Assembly (NCBI GenBank): GCA_040954595.2
Contig: CM082580.2
Coordinates: forward strand, 10,766,390 to 10,830,389
DNA length: 64,000 nucleotides
Direction: 5' to 3'
From: Balanoglossus misakiensis
Taxonomy: Eukaryota > Animalia > Hemichordata
Below are positions 25,201 through 40,200 of this stretch, piece by piece. The position numbers and the translations under genes are program-made. How positions within the stretch are numbered: position 1 is the first letter of the stretch; each line of letters starts with the position of its first letter. The notes beneath the pieces were generated by a model. It made no database searches, was not told the origin of the DNA, and saw only the letters and a list, made by a program, of their open reading frames with translations.

Positions 25201-28200
25201 GCTGGTATGACTATTATAGCAACCGGCAGCGAATTAATGTGCGTTTAGTTAACTCTTCAGTATGTCTAGGTGGATCGGTTGAAGTGCATTCTTAGCATGC
25301 AGGAATGCAAAACACGTGTCTCGAAATTCTTCCAAAAATTTAATCTGCGATTTCTCTGTGACCGCATTTACCTTCAGGTAACGGTCCTTGTATGTATGAA
25401 TAAACACGGCTATCTCGAGCTTGCTTGGTTTGAAATTTATAAATAAACAAATTTCCGTTCAATCCAGGGTTTCTATATGACCACTCAGACAGGCGAAATT
25501 CAACTTGATGATGGGGGTCTTACCTTGTCAAGGATAATTATTAAGCCATAAAGATCCTAATTTTCACTTAATTGCTGTCAAAAGATGTTTGCGAAGAGAC
25601 ATGAGCGAACACGTTTTCCGCTTTGAAGTACCGAGTATGCGCGATTCGGAGTCCGGGGTTCATAGATTACAAGAAGGGGGCGAGTACATTGAAGTAGATC
25701 ACGCCTAGTAAAGTTTGTGTGACTGTATCGCTCGTTCTGTCCCCCCGTGCATGGTTACAAACAGGATACGACTATTTCGCAGATACTTCTCGTCTATGCA
25801 GGTATGTGTCTCGTATGCTCTCGTGGGAACCTACTACGCATTGTTTTCATGTGCACTGCCGGATAATGTGCCTCTACAACACTTACAATGATGACCAAAC
25901 TATACCGCTAGGAAATAATTAGCTCATCCCTGGGTAATATGTATATTTCTGAGCACAGGAGAGACTATACCGGGCAAATTAAAAACCATACGATATAAAT
26001 TCATGTGCACTCATATGTTTGCCGCATCCATAGAAGTTTAGGACACGCCAATGACCACCGCATCGAACTTTGATTGGATAGTGGTCAACACTGTAACATA
26101 CAAGAAAAATAAGTTATTTTATTCGTACAATTTTGTTACAATTCCTTTTTGTTGTTTTTTGTTTATGATCTCACACCGGGTATAGCAACTCCTTCAACCA
26201 GTTCGCTGGCTTACCATCGTCGCCCCGCGCCAGTACGTTGGTAAGGTACGCGGCCAATATCTCCTAGTGTCGGCAACAATATCAGCAAACCGCGCTAATT
26301 GATTTTGTTCCTTATCGCCGATATCTAAATAGACACAGGGTTACTTGGGAGGCGAGAAACCGAATTCTCTCCTCCCCTTTCAGAAAAAAAATGACTTTTC
26401 TGATTTTTTTTTGTTATCACGTGCCGCACGACAAAGCTATTGGACTTTATCTTCGCATCTAAGCAGCGTAGAGTGGATGATTGTTAAGATTTATTAGCTC
26501 ATATATATCGCACTCGTTATTGATTTTCTTTCCTCCTTTTTGGTGGCTTGTTGACGCCAGATATTGATTTGTTTCGACTGAACTTAATCATTTACGTGTT
26601 TGATAGACTTGGCGGAGATAAATTCTTACCTGTTCAGTTCATTGGGTCATTAAATTTTGGATCATACCGGGGCGAAGGCTTGGCATTGTCAGCGTCCGAC
26701 AGCTCTACCACTTATAGCGTTGCTAGTCACGGCCTCCCTGCAGCATTATAACCATTCTTTCGCTGATGTTCGAGCCAAGCTCACTATAAACACAGGACGT
26801 TCCCCCATCCAAGTGAAAATAACGAATCGCGGTAAGTTTACAAAATCGCGAAAACTTTTTTTATATATTTATCTTTTTTTTTACTGAATGTTTTGTGACG
26901 CACAAAATAGCAAAGCTTTGTCTCATTATTTTGGACCCCAAAGTTTCCTGGGCATTTGGCCGCGGGTATCATATTGATAATTTTCAGGTCCAAAACAATT
27001 ACTACTCACTGTGACGAATGCCGAGAAAACTATCAATAATAACGGTCGCGCCCCTGCAAATGTTCAGTAAAACAAATTCCCCGTTTTCGCACAATTTAAA
27101 TCTCTGGCTTATTTTTGTCGAGGATTTTCCTAATTATTATTCATATGCCATCTACTAATTAGTGTAATGTCGTTCAGTTTGTTGTGTGACAGGCGCCAGG
27201 CTCAGGGCCGGGTGCTTTGAAGTGCCGGGGTGATCGGCAAAGGCAGTGTTTGAGAAAGTAGAATCCCCCTCTCTCCGATGTGACCAACAACTGGTCAATA
27301 CAACGGGCTAATACTTTATCCCTACATACTTCTACAAACCTGTATACTTTCCTAATGTTTTTCAATGTAATAATGACGTAAGGCGAAGAGTCATCGAAGG
27401 CGATGTTTGCGGCCATTCTGTCGGAACCTGTGAAACCAGCGCAGGGGATTTGGCATCGATTGACAAAAGCCGTAGTGTTTTTCCACTTGTGTGCGTTATC
27501 CATTCTGTACACACAAATTGCAATAACTTACAACCCAGCCTTGCGTTTGTTTATAAACGGGCCAGTTTCGATCTTTATTTAACCATCCAAAGTGTCCAAA
27601 AATCCTCACTGTACATTTATTATTTATTCATGAAGGTTGTCGTATTTTTCCTGAAAGTTTGAGTTTAAAATTATATAGTGCTATTGTGAAGAAATCTTTT
27701 CGACACAAAGGCATCGCGAATCTGTTTGTATTGGGGTGTATGTATCCTTCCCGTGGCTACACCGGAGAAATTCCAAGCGTCTGAAAGAAATGTGGTGAAT
27801 GAAAAACACAAAACTCTCCGTCTCTATTTGCCTCTCACCTCCCGTCTCTCCATTGATGGGTGTCTCTCTCCCCCTCTCTCCCTCTCCCTTCCTCTCGCCC
27901 TCCCTTTTCCCCTCCTCTCTCTCTCCAGTTATCAATCGAATAAATGTTTTATTGCATTTCTATATCGTTGTCGGATTCCACGCAAAACTTCGGCGAAGAA
28001 CGACACGCTTGACAATACTTTCAGTTACACATAATCGGACACGACGTTGTTGCATGGCCGGCAAATTGTCGAAGTCAAATATATCCACAAAGGCGACGTT
28101 TGCCAAAGCACTTGTTGGATAAAGCCCGTAAATCCCATTGTGTCTGGCGGACTAGCGATTACGATCATCGGTTCGACATGGCGTCTTTTGTTCGGGCGAT

Positions 28201-31200
28201 CTTCAGATTTTCATTAAAATATTGACTTTCTTTTTTAAACCGCAGAGATGAAGGAGCACGTAGATAAAGAAAATGAAGAGAAGAACTTCGGCAGCACCAA
28301 GCTGACTCAGGAGGAACAGAGTAAGAAACAGTCCCAAATTGCAGCGACATTAAAATGGTGAGTTGGATTGTTGGCGCGGTCTCCGGGGGGCGCCGGTATC
28401 ATCCGGTTAATCGTGCCCGGTCAACGAGTTTTCAACGCTGTGAACTTGAGATACTACCTGCAATCAACAGGTGGTTGAAACAGGGAGAGATTTGTAGCTT
28501 TTCTGATTTTCACGCGCTTCTTAAACGCAGGGGGCGGGAGAATATATACTACATGTAGTACGTTGTTGGAACATGATTCATGTTTGACCAGGAGGCAGAG
28601 AAAATGAATTGCTAAAATTCAATATGGCAGACAGTCATGCTTGTTGTTCAAATGATTTACTGCAAAAAAATCTTCGTAGGTTGTGAATCCTGCTTTTGTA
28701 AAATTAAATTAAACCCTCTTTAATTTGACATTTCAGGAAATAATTAGGTTTCTTTGTAAAGACTAAATATCCTCATAATCGTTAACAGCGTTCGCCGCAA
28801 ATGCTCCGCGCTTCCGATATTGAACCACACTGCACATTACAGAGAATCGGCACAATACCGGTCGCTCGCAAAAATGCCTGTGTATTTTTTGTACAAAGAA
28901 AAGCGACTAATCCCGGTTAGAGCTACCTGGGCAGTGGAATTCTGCATGTCGGTGTCAAATATGGACTCGAGAACTTGACTTTGTTGTCTGTGTGTTTAAA
29001 CAACGTCCTTCGAGTGACAAATTTATCACACTTCGGGCGAAGAGTTATTAGCGGAGCTGTCCCTTAGCGTTTTGCCGTTGACACATCGGAGTCGTTGACG
29101 CTGCGATCCTCACCGTGATTTTTAGCTTTACGACTTTGTTGGTTTAAGTGCCAAATCTCTCAACAACGAACCTTGACTTTGTGCCCCTGGTAATTAATCT
29201 CCGATTTTCGACGAATGTTGCTAGCCAAACCCGGCGACTCCCCCTATCAATTTTGTTTTTATTTTCAGCTTAAAAAGTCTGTTTCAACACTTTTAATGGG
29301 GTCGTTTTCTTAGCGTAGTCATTAAATCCACGTCTTCTTCGGCTCTTTTTCAGGCTGGCGGAAAATTACGAACGTGCAGAGGGTGTTTGCTTGCCTCGTT
29401 GCGTGTTGTACACGCATTACCTAGACTTCTGCAAGAAGAACAAGTTCACGCCGTCTGGCGCGGCAACATTTGGAAAGGTAAGTCTTCAATTTCATCGGCA
29501 GGTGTTTTTTAATAGAGGTCGATTTTTCATTTGGGATTTATATTTTCCACTCGCTCGCTAATTTTGGAAGTAAAGGAACGATAAGGCGGTGTCCTGATAG
29601 TGACTGAATGTCAAAAACTCTAATTAAGCCAGTTAGTCAACTAAACTATGCAGCAAATCTTCGTCTGAGTGCAGATTCATTGGTCACCCCAGAGAAATCG
29701 ATTTTTTTACTGTGATACGTCCAACATGCCATTCCATCACGTTATGACGCTGACCTGACCACTGAAAGAGTTTGGCTTGGGTCGGGTTGAGAAAAACAAC
29801 AATTTGTACATAATTCGCGAAAATACAAAATTCATCTCAAAAAGTTCTCCTAACTCTACTGATGTGAAGTCTAACTTTTCGGGACAAATCTAGCCAAGAT
29901 ATGCGCATTTGTAGAAAGCACAACAGAATTTTAATCGTTGGTCAGAGAGAAGAGGAACGGGCCACTGTTCCAGTTCCAACCAAGATAAAAGTATTGATTT
30001 TTTCAGTGGACCCTAGTCTACATGTCGGTGTTGCTATGGCTACAAGGACTATCTGGAGTCGTGAAAAAAAAACACTGGCCGCAACATATTGTTGAGCAGG
30101 TTTGGGGACACTTTAAACGGAGTCAATGATATCAATCCGGAATCGGTCCAACTCCATTATCTCTGCAGTTTAACACTATGTGGGCTTGATACTGTCCATA
30201 TAATCATGTCCTGATTAAACAACATTTCTTCATCATTTATATTTTCTTCAACGACGAATTGAAATCCCCGATGTCAATGTTGCTACGAGTAGAACAAACA
30301 AATCGGGTAGTTAGGAACAGGGCCGGGGTCAGGCGCACAACAGTCGACTGTTAGCGCAGCTTGGCTACTATTGGTACCACTGTGGTATGTGTCACCGATG
30401 TACCATAATTACTGGAGCCAACTTTCAAAAGGTTCCATTCACAGCCCTACTTCGCCTATATGCTCGGATCTTTTCTTTCAGTTTTTTTATTGGGCCATTT
30501 TTTAGAGTAATAGGTGCAAAAGTTGCCGGACTTAAATTGTTCTTATCAAAAAAAAGTTTTAACCTAGAGTCAATGAACGGATCGTTCCGCGCCGTGGCTA
30601 TTGCGACATCAATTCAACTTAAATCAATTCAGGACGTTTTCAATTCACTTTAGTTTGGTTCAATTCAATCAAATCCCGCCCACAGAAAAGATCGACACCA
30701 ACGCCATACTACGAATACAGTATAGTCACGGTGGATACATGTTTTCTGCTTTTCTGTTACGCGTAAGAAACCTCTCAGTTCATGGTTGATCTTCTGTCAT
30801 TGTCCAATCGCAGCGCCAGCGTCGCACTGACAACAAAATCAGGCCACTATACCTTTCTATGAAAGTTATGCATTCCCATTAGAACACTTTCATAGTGGAC
30901 AAAAAATACATTAATTAATTTCAATTTCGTAATAAATAGCACATTTGATTATACCAGCTGCACATTTATATACCAGTGACCAGAGTTTTGACATGAATTT
31001 TTCCGGGTAAGAACAGTTATAACTCTGTGCTCATATCAGATTTATGATTGTGACGAAGTTAAATTAATGAAGTTGGACCTTTTATGAAATTGTAAACATA
31101 TTTGTCCGTCACTTTGTTGACTGTTTACGACAATCTAGTTGAGGGAGAGGGGGATAACTTTTCATTTATTTGGTATTTTCCGGGTAAGTTTATTTATAAT

Positions 31201-34200
31201 TGTGATTAATTATACTGTTGTTGTTTTTTATATTGGGAAATGTTAGAAATACTTTCCCATCACCATTACCAAAATTTTATAATACTATAGTTACATACTA
31301 CATATATTGTACATGTATATTCTGGCGGCAAGCCAAAAACAATTTGGAGGGAAAAATAAAATAAAAAGCGTGCTACTCTTTATTTGAAAACTATGAAAGT
31401 AAACCAAAATTGTACTTTTTGTCCTGGCGTAAACTTCATGTGAAACATAGCGACGAGAACACGCGTTTTGTAACAGTCAACTGTAACTGAGCTCAGATCA
31501 GCGCAAAACAGACGATCTTTTCTCCATTGCAAATACAAGGAATACGGCCATAATAATAATAATCGTAACCGTTCTGAACACAAATTTAAACAGAATTTAA
31601 ATTTTAATGTAAAAATTTTAAACATGTGAATGTTTCGTTCACCCTAAGTATATAGTCGTTGTTTTTCATCTCGCTTTGTGCGGCAAACTCAAAGGCCGAA
31701 TCGACCGATTGCCACAAAGTGCCTCTCGACAAGTTGATATCATATCATACATTCGTATTTTAGCGGCGACGCGACAGGTGCGCCCCGTCCTTTCAAAAAA
31801 AGATCATTTACAGACTCGGAAAGCTGCATATTTTGTGAGTCTGGGAGATTTGTGACAGCGGATAAACTTTTCCCTTTAATTTCCAGACAGATTATCGGGT
31901 TTGAGCTATTAGAATAATAAGTCTGACGAAGGCGACAGACAGAAGTGTTGTTGGAACTAGAAACAATCATGGCGTTAAATTACGGTGATTCCAGTCTTGC
32001 AGGAAATGAACATTGAAAGGTTGAACTAAACGTTGACTCAGACTAATTCGCTAAGAAAGAAAATGCATGTAAACGAAATATGATAACAAATTAATTGTTT
32101 GTGCAAAAAAGGGTGTGTTGGTTTTCTCATGTGGGATTGGAGTACAGTATTCGAATTTTACGAATGTTGGACAACGGCTGGCATGACGATTATATTGGAC
32201 CGAGAGGTTGTGTGGCTTCAGGCAGGCGGCCCTCGGTCAAACAGTGCAGGACACGGCGTCGACACGACCATTTACCGACCACAGACGATACATTTAAACA
32301 TAGTGGAGGCAGCCATTTGTAATACACAGCGCGAAGCAAAGTAAAACATTATCTCAGTTTTTTTGCTGCTGCTGCCTGGGGAAACGTGTAACTCCGCCGT
32401 CTGCTTGATCAGTAAACACCAAATAGTCAATGTGAACATAATTTTGTGATATCAATCACTCGATCTTCACACTTTGTATAGGGCTGGGCTGACCGATGAG
32501 CTGGACATTAACGACCGTTAGTGGCTGTGCCTATTCAACACAGTGCAATCTCTGAATAATTTCTCCGTCACAATCTTGTCTAATTTTAAAATAACGAAAG
32601 TGGCGGGTTTTAGGTTGTTGTCATACCTGAAATATTGGCGGGAAATCCACGGAATTGTCCACGAACCCCAAAATCGGATTCCGAAATTAACATGCCGAAG
32701 ACATGGTGTCCGATCACCAAATCGGCAGTACTATAAAAGGGACAAAGATGACGCCATTAATTCCAAATGTAAAAGTATTTTCATGGAATTTTTGTGTATG
32801 CCAAAGGCTTTCGGGTTTACACGGGTAAAGTTGACGCTCTGTTAAGCCACTTTGTCTGTGGTGAAGCTACATAGAAATCAAAACATAATGTTTTGTATGT
32901 GTGTCTGTGTGTTGTAGAAATATGACGTTCATGGTTTGTGAACTTCAAAAACATTCATTTGTTTAATCGACAACGAATAATGAAAATGCGCCATGTTAAT
33001 GGGTTTTAGCCGAAAAGATAAAGTAATGGACATTTGTAGTGACATTGTCTGATATTTGTGTTTGCCCTCTCCCGTCGACTGAGAGTAAACTGTGGGTTTT
33101 TTGACGCACTGAATTAAAATTTTAATGCGTGGCACACGCATGAACGCAACGGCGAGTAGTTGCCGGGGGAACGTCGCCTAGGGCAACCATCTTTGATCGG
33201 GAGGGTAAACACGATAATGAAATATTTAGAAAACAAAAAGAAAAAAAACAAGTGCAGATGTGTATCAGTCCACGATCAGGGGATTAACGTTCACCGCCAT
33301 TATCAAATACACTGTACAATCAGGTGCTCCAACGTTCAAAGGCACTCTAGTATATGTACAGTCAGTGACTATACGTCTGTGCCAACAACGGCGAGGCGTG
33401 GCGAGATCTTATGCGGCGCAGTGGAATACATTACACGGTGTTTCTTTGTGTACAAAGTGCATAATATTTATCACAACAGATAATTAGAACCGGCTCGAGC
33501 AAATCAAATGTTGTCTGGGTTTATCATCAACGAAGCATTTTTACACTGATTAGTGCCTAACTCGACAAGGAAGCGGTTCACCGTAAACTGCAATTCAAGT
33601 CAAGACGCGAAAAGAAAAGCCGATATAAAACACATGATTTAAGAGCACAGAAACATTATGAACGTTGACCCTTTACTCTGACAAAAATTTAACAATCATC
33701 GTGATCTTTTTCTGTCAGGTTATCAGACAAAAGTTCCCTAAACTGACAACGAGGCGACTGGGCACCAGAGGCCAATCCAAGTAAGTGGAAGACAGCATAA
33801 GCTGTCGACAAAACAGACCTGAGTAACAAGAACAGTATAGCTGTAATTTTGGGCATCTATTAAGCATTTCTGCTCCAGATAACATATGGTCTCTTGTCAT
33901 ATTCCCTACAGTATAATGAAGCGTGCGGACTTGTAATCTGATCATCAACATAGCCTATATGAGACATATTACATTGTTCATAGTTGAAAATTGGATTCAG
34001 GTCATATATTGTTTTCAAACGAAGATATCGTCATCATCGTCGTCGTCGTCATCGTCATCATTAAGTTTATGCAATGAACGTAAAATGGAAGTTTTACATT
34101 GTTCGTAACACTCCCTTTCTCGAAATTCAATTCTTTAACGCCACTATTCTATGTTGCACAGATATCACTACTATGGGATTGGTATCAAAGAGACGTCCAT

Positions 34201-37200
34201 CTATTACCATTCCGTGTATTCAGGAAGGGGTCTGACCAGGTATGTTTCGTCGTTGGTGGCGCTTTTGTCTCCCCCTTCGGAGCGAGTCTGAAAGTGCTAC
34301 AGATATTTTTAAAGCACTCCATTTAATTTATTGTTAAAACCTCCTACCACTTGCAACCCAGCTAAAATTAATGACACGTATGTTGTGCTTGAGAGAAAGA
34401 CGCCATGTCCGTTATGTGCTCTCTGTGTGCTGGTTTAATTGGATATAATATGGTCCGGTACCGTGCGGCCAATTAACACTGGTAGGAAGGCAGGCATGAT
34501 TTAGCTTATATAGTGCAAAGATTAACCACTCCAGTCGTGTTTAATAATCAAACTGTGAGGAAAAGTTTGTTTGCGGGTGTACACCGGCGTGGGAGGCACG
34601 GTACGCGATATCGATTGTGACAAGAGCACTCGAAGTGACCCGGATTGACCCGACCTTTGACCTTGTGGATTTGGTCTTTCATTCTGGTCACACTCTTCGG
34701 TTGCCTACAAAGCACGGGTCGAAATGTTCAAAGATGTGAATAAACAAGGTGTCAGGAAGTACGAAGCGGGGGTCACAAAAATAGCGCCATAAATTTGGAA
34801 ACTGTTTGACACAACAATCGATGCCGTCTCCTGCCTAACATAATTGTAGTACCACTTCCAATGATCCCGAGAACTGACTCTATTCAAGTCTCAACTCAAC
34901 ATCATAAAATGCTTGAAAAAAAATAACAGACAAGAAATAGAAATTCCTGCATGTACCTTATTCCAAGTTCTCCTTATCTTCTTTCCGTTTCTGTGTACCA
35001 ATCATTACATCCAATGAAACGAAATAGTGTTACTTACTGCTGTTTTTTGCATTTCTGTCAGGTTTTCTGGTACGAAAGTGAAAACTGAGGTAAGTTTTTC
35101 AAACTGCTGTTTATAAAATTTCTTTTGCAACCAGTGCTAAAAGATCAAAGTAAATTTCTTTTTCTATCGATTTTTGCTGATATTTGCTTTATGTTACGAG
35201 CTATTTTTGCGAGCTATTGCGCATGTGCCTAGATTATGTTCCAGATAGGAGCGAACGACAGTCTTTTCAACCCAACATAAAGTTGGAGAAACATTCAAAG
35301 CGCCATCTTTCTCTCGTGAGATGGTTTCCCTAGACTCTTAGAGAGAAACAAACATGCCGGCTATTCCTAGTCTTGTCCAAGTCTATATATTTGATAAAAC
35401 TAAAGTGGACATTCTTAAACAACTGGGACTACCAATACGGTTGCTGGGAAGGTCTGATGTCATTCTTTTGCCGTGTCGCCACAGCAACCACTGGTGTCCT
35501 CCCTTAGAGACGCGCGCATCCGTGATGAATTTCCAAAACCTTGGGGAGTTTTCCAACGCCTGCAAAGATGAAGTCGACATTGAACAAGTTTCTTAGGGGT
35601 TTTGACAAAGTGTTAAGATACGTTTCTTTGAAACGCTATGACATCGTTGCTTCGTAAAGCGGAACTATAAAGATGGAACCACACACAGAAATTCCTTCGA
35701 GGCAAATACGTTGGGCTTACAAAAACCAACGACAGCACAAGCACGTGTTGCAACATACAGAATCTGTCCATTTTTCGCTCCGTTGCCAAAACACCGAGCA
35801 ATCTTACCTTATGCAAAATCTGAGGTTTTCAATCGGGGCTAGCTATGATTAATCGAAATTCGAAGCGGTGTTTTTTCAACTGATATGTTGACCTGGTACA
35901 CCCTGTTGATAAGAAATATAGCAAGATTGTCTCTCTAAGCAACGGCGGAATCTAATCGATATTTTTGTTGGGGTTAGATTGCGATAAAGCCTTAACAATA
36001 GTAACGTAATTATGGGTCTGTCACGCCACCGACCTATCACGATTTATAGGCTGTAGAAATGACCACAATATACTGATAATTACTGGGCTCGGCGGCAATC
36101 GCAAACTGGCTACACATTTCACAAGATCATTACACAAAATAAATTACCGCATAAAGTGTCCCTCGCTCAGTCACATTTATTAAATAAAACGCCCTATTTG
36201 ATCCTTTGGGTTAATCAATAATGCTGTAAATCATGATAGGACTTGTAAATTGTTTAGCGTTGGACGGTTAAAGTTTTCAGCTAAACAGTTTAAAGTTTCA
36301 ACTTTAGTTAGGACTTTGTGTGTGCGTGTACTATGTGCACGCATGCGTGACGCTGTGTGTTCGTCTACCCCCCCCCCCCCACCTTGATGAGACTAAATAT
36401 GTGGATTTTATTTATTTATCTATTTATTTATTCATTCATTTAAGTGTCAATTAGCTGAAGTTTTCTGTCTTGATCTTTCATTTCAATTCATTATTTCAAA
36501 AAGAAAGAGTGCCGATTTTAGTTTAAAATCAGCTCTTCAAACCCAGCGATATTACTGCAAAAGGCCTTGTTCATTTTATGTGCAAAGCCAGTGACGTTGA
36601 TCTGTAATTTGTTTTCGCACAACCGGGTCTTTGAATGAATAATTGCCTTCAAAGTCGCAACAAATCTCTTTTCAAGAACAGGTGTGATTTCGGTGTTACA
36701 GTGAGCATACAGATTCCGCATAGCAACGCAAACGTTCAAATTCTTCCATTCATCCGCGCGCATTCCTCGGCTATGTACTGAAAACCTTGAAAGAGGGAGA
36801 GAAATAACAAGCCACTGTTTATACACCACCACTCGCGTAACCTCGTTTGACTCAGAACGTTGCTAAGCACTTGCCCCTGGTTGAACGCATCCGGTCACCA
36901 TGGCGATGAGCTCTGTGGTTGCCTTTCGGAGATGGGAGTTTCCCAGCAGCGCCGCCGGGACGCTGCGCTTTTTATCTCCTCGTGCGCCGCAGAGGGATGA
37001 AAATGGCTAAAGCATGTGTAAATGATGACGAGTTTGGCATACAAAATACCGCACCGTCGTGCAGTAGCGGGGCTGCCGGCCGAGTTGACAAGCGCAGCAC
37101 CCTGTTTCTCCACAACAATGTCGTATTCACATTCAATTATCTAAGACAGCTTAGACGTCGCAATACTGACCAAAGTTTCTTGTCTTTCCTACAGGGGACA

Positions 37201-40200
37201 AGTCGAAAATATTCCCTGAGTTCGAAGACGGGGACTCTTCTTCCAGATTTTCCAGATGCAAATAATCTCATTCTTCCAGAGTCGTCGCCGTGTGAAAAGG
37301 TGGAGACCTTCATAATGATGTACAGAACACATTGCCAACGGATTCTCGATACGGTCATTAGCGCTAACTTTGACGAGGTAAATCAAATCTTTGTTAAAAT
37401 GCTGTCTCATAAAAGCCGCCTACATACTCTATTCGGCTCTCCTTGTTTCCCCAACTACAACTACATGTTCATGTAATTTGCAATAATTAGTCCAATTTCC
37501 GTACATTTCACCACAGGTGCAAAACTTTCTTCTACACTTCTGGCAAGGCATGCCCGACCATCTCATTGCATTACTTAAGTGTGACGTCATCGTTGACGTC
37601 ATCGGACTCTGTGATACGATTCTGTACAAGGTGAGTAAAACTTACCACAGTCATCCAATAACTGTGCTTTTTGAATTCTCAGCATTTGTTTACACTCGGT
37701 TGACAGTCGCTGTTCACTCTCTCTCTCTGGACTTCAAAAATTCAAACATAGTGACATTTTAATGCCATTTGATTTCTACTTAGGTGTTGATAGATGTACT
37801 TATCCCATCGACGATTCAAGATCTGCCTGATAGGTAAGCAACGCACCACGGTGATACTGGCCTTGCTGGTCTGTGCACTTGGTCTGTGGCACAATTATAC
37901 AGACAGACCTGAGACGCAAAAATATTCATGACTTATTATTATGTTTTCTTAAAAAGTGATATCGTTATAAGTGATTTTGCAAAACATATTTTTTCTGTTT
38001 CAGTCTGAGTAATGAAATTAAAGCTTTTGCTAAGAGACTTCCTGATTGGCTGGAGAGTTCCTTGGACGATGTGCCAGAACGTTTAAAGCAGAAGAAATTG
38101 GCGGGTGAGCTTTTTAAAATCACGAATTAAAGGAGTTTAGCATTGTCGGCATAAGATGCGTTCTTCATATAACATTCCAACAATCAAATACATGTACTGC
38201 TTTAATACACGTATCGTCATTATTAACGCTAACGCATCTGTTCTCTGCAGTTGTCAAGTCGTTCATTCAGAGTCTGAAGAGGCAGACGTCATTTGTCCAT
38301 CTGGCCCAAGTAAGTCGTATCCTCATCGCCATCTCCGAATGTTCCAAATTGTGAAGATCAGCCCTTAACAACAAATTAAGAAATACAAAAACAGCTTTGC
38401 AGATTTTAAATATCGGTAATAATCGCTATGTGTCTCTCTCTCTGTCTCCCCTTCAGACTGCACGCAGTGTGTTGTTGAGCCACGAGAATGTTAACCAGAT
38501 GGCCAAGGATTTGAACGAAGTCGATTTTGCCAGCATTTGGAATCAGGGAATCGCCTGCTGTCCGGAGATACTGGACAAGGATCCACAAAATGCCGTTGGA
38601 TGTAAGTGAAACCTTCTTTATTATTGTTTTTCTGGGGGTTCTTTCTGGTGCAGCAGACATTTACATGTGAAGCAATCAACGAAAATTTTTGAGCCTTTTC
38701 TAACGGGATTGTATTTTAATTTGCAGTGATCAATGAATTTGAAGGTTTACTCAGTAAACAAGCACCGATCGAAGCATACACGGAGTGGATTGACAGTGTC
38801 ATTGATCGCTGTGTTCTGCAGGTAATGTTTTGATTATTGTACTTCAAGCCATACCGTCCATTTGTAGGTGGAAACTGAAATGATTGGCCACGTGGTCTGC
38901 CATTTGGCATGTCTGCTTTGTGCCGTGGAATCAGTAATCTCAGACGATGGGGGCGCCTCTACAAATCGAGTTTGTTCTTCTTTGGTCAATCATTCATATC
39001 TCGATACCGTTCATATTTCAGCCTTCGAAGGAAAACGGAAAACCGTTCAGGGAGAAAGCGCGAGATTTCTTACTGTCGTGGTCTTTCTTCACGTCTCGCG
39101 TTATGAGAGATTTGACGTTACACAGCGCAGCAAGTTTTGGTAGGCATTTTTCTTTCTTCCGCTGTGAACCATTTCTGTCGATTTTACAATATTGTGTTTT
39201 AAATCCCACCCAATAGTAGAATCGTCCCTGTTCCAATATTCCTACAGTAAAATGGATAATACATGTACAGTGTATATAACTTTCTCTTTTTTGTTTCTCT
39301 TAGGTTCTTTCCATCTTATTCATATGATGTTTGATGAGTATGTGTTCTTGGTGATGGAAACCCAACAAGGCCAGCTGGACGAGGCAGAGCTGCAGAAAAA
39401 CATCCAAAAGCACATGAAAACAGCTGGTATGTGTCTGTTTATGAATGATGAAACAGTGTCTGTTTATGAATGATTCTTTTTCTCTACATTTTGTCTGCTG
39501 TAGCGTCACGTATATATAAGACCACCGACACAGCGCGCAATCACGAATGTGGTACATGGAGGTTGCGCAGCTATCATAGTTCTGTTGAGAGATGTTATTC
39601 CTCTACACTCCTCATCTGATCTTCATAGATGGCGATACTCTGAAAAGTTAACAAAAAACTCCACTTTCGACAGGTGAAATCAGTACTAAAGCTAAGGTGA
39701 GATCGGCGCCCTCTAAGTCCGACGCTGGTGCGAACAAAGCCAAGAAGAGAAGAATAGGAGAGGTTGAAAATCCAGGTATGAGGAAATCTCATATACGTGT
39801 AGTTACATTTTGAGCAACGTAGAAAAGTGTTAATGTTGGAATATGGAGTGTGTCTCTCTGCGATGATCTGCTTTACCCGCCGGGCCTGAACACTGATTTT
39901 GTTTCCTCTTTCTCTAAGGTCTTGGAGAGCCACGCCTGTCGCCTCCTCCATCTAAGTCCAAGTCAGCCTTCCCCGATATCTCATCGGGCAACAGTACAGC
40001 GTTCAGCCGTCCACAACCTCACCATGGCAACGACCTGCACTCCGACATCCCTTACCCAGAGTTCAGCCCTCCCGGGTACCACACCCAGCCGATGCCGAAT
40101 CAAAGCTACTTCACCCAGTCGAAGCACTACCAACAAATGACCGGACTGAATGGCTGTACGCCGTACGACCGAGCAACGACAGCCGCTTATCTCTCACACT

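Noticed and set aside
36919-37194. N-terminal part of the 185-aa ORF as coding
   Set aside because: RFX6 similarity starts only after the acceptor at 37195; the upstream part is intron read-through
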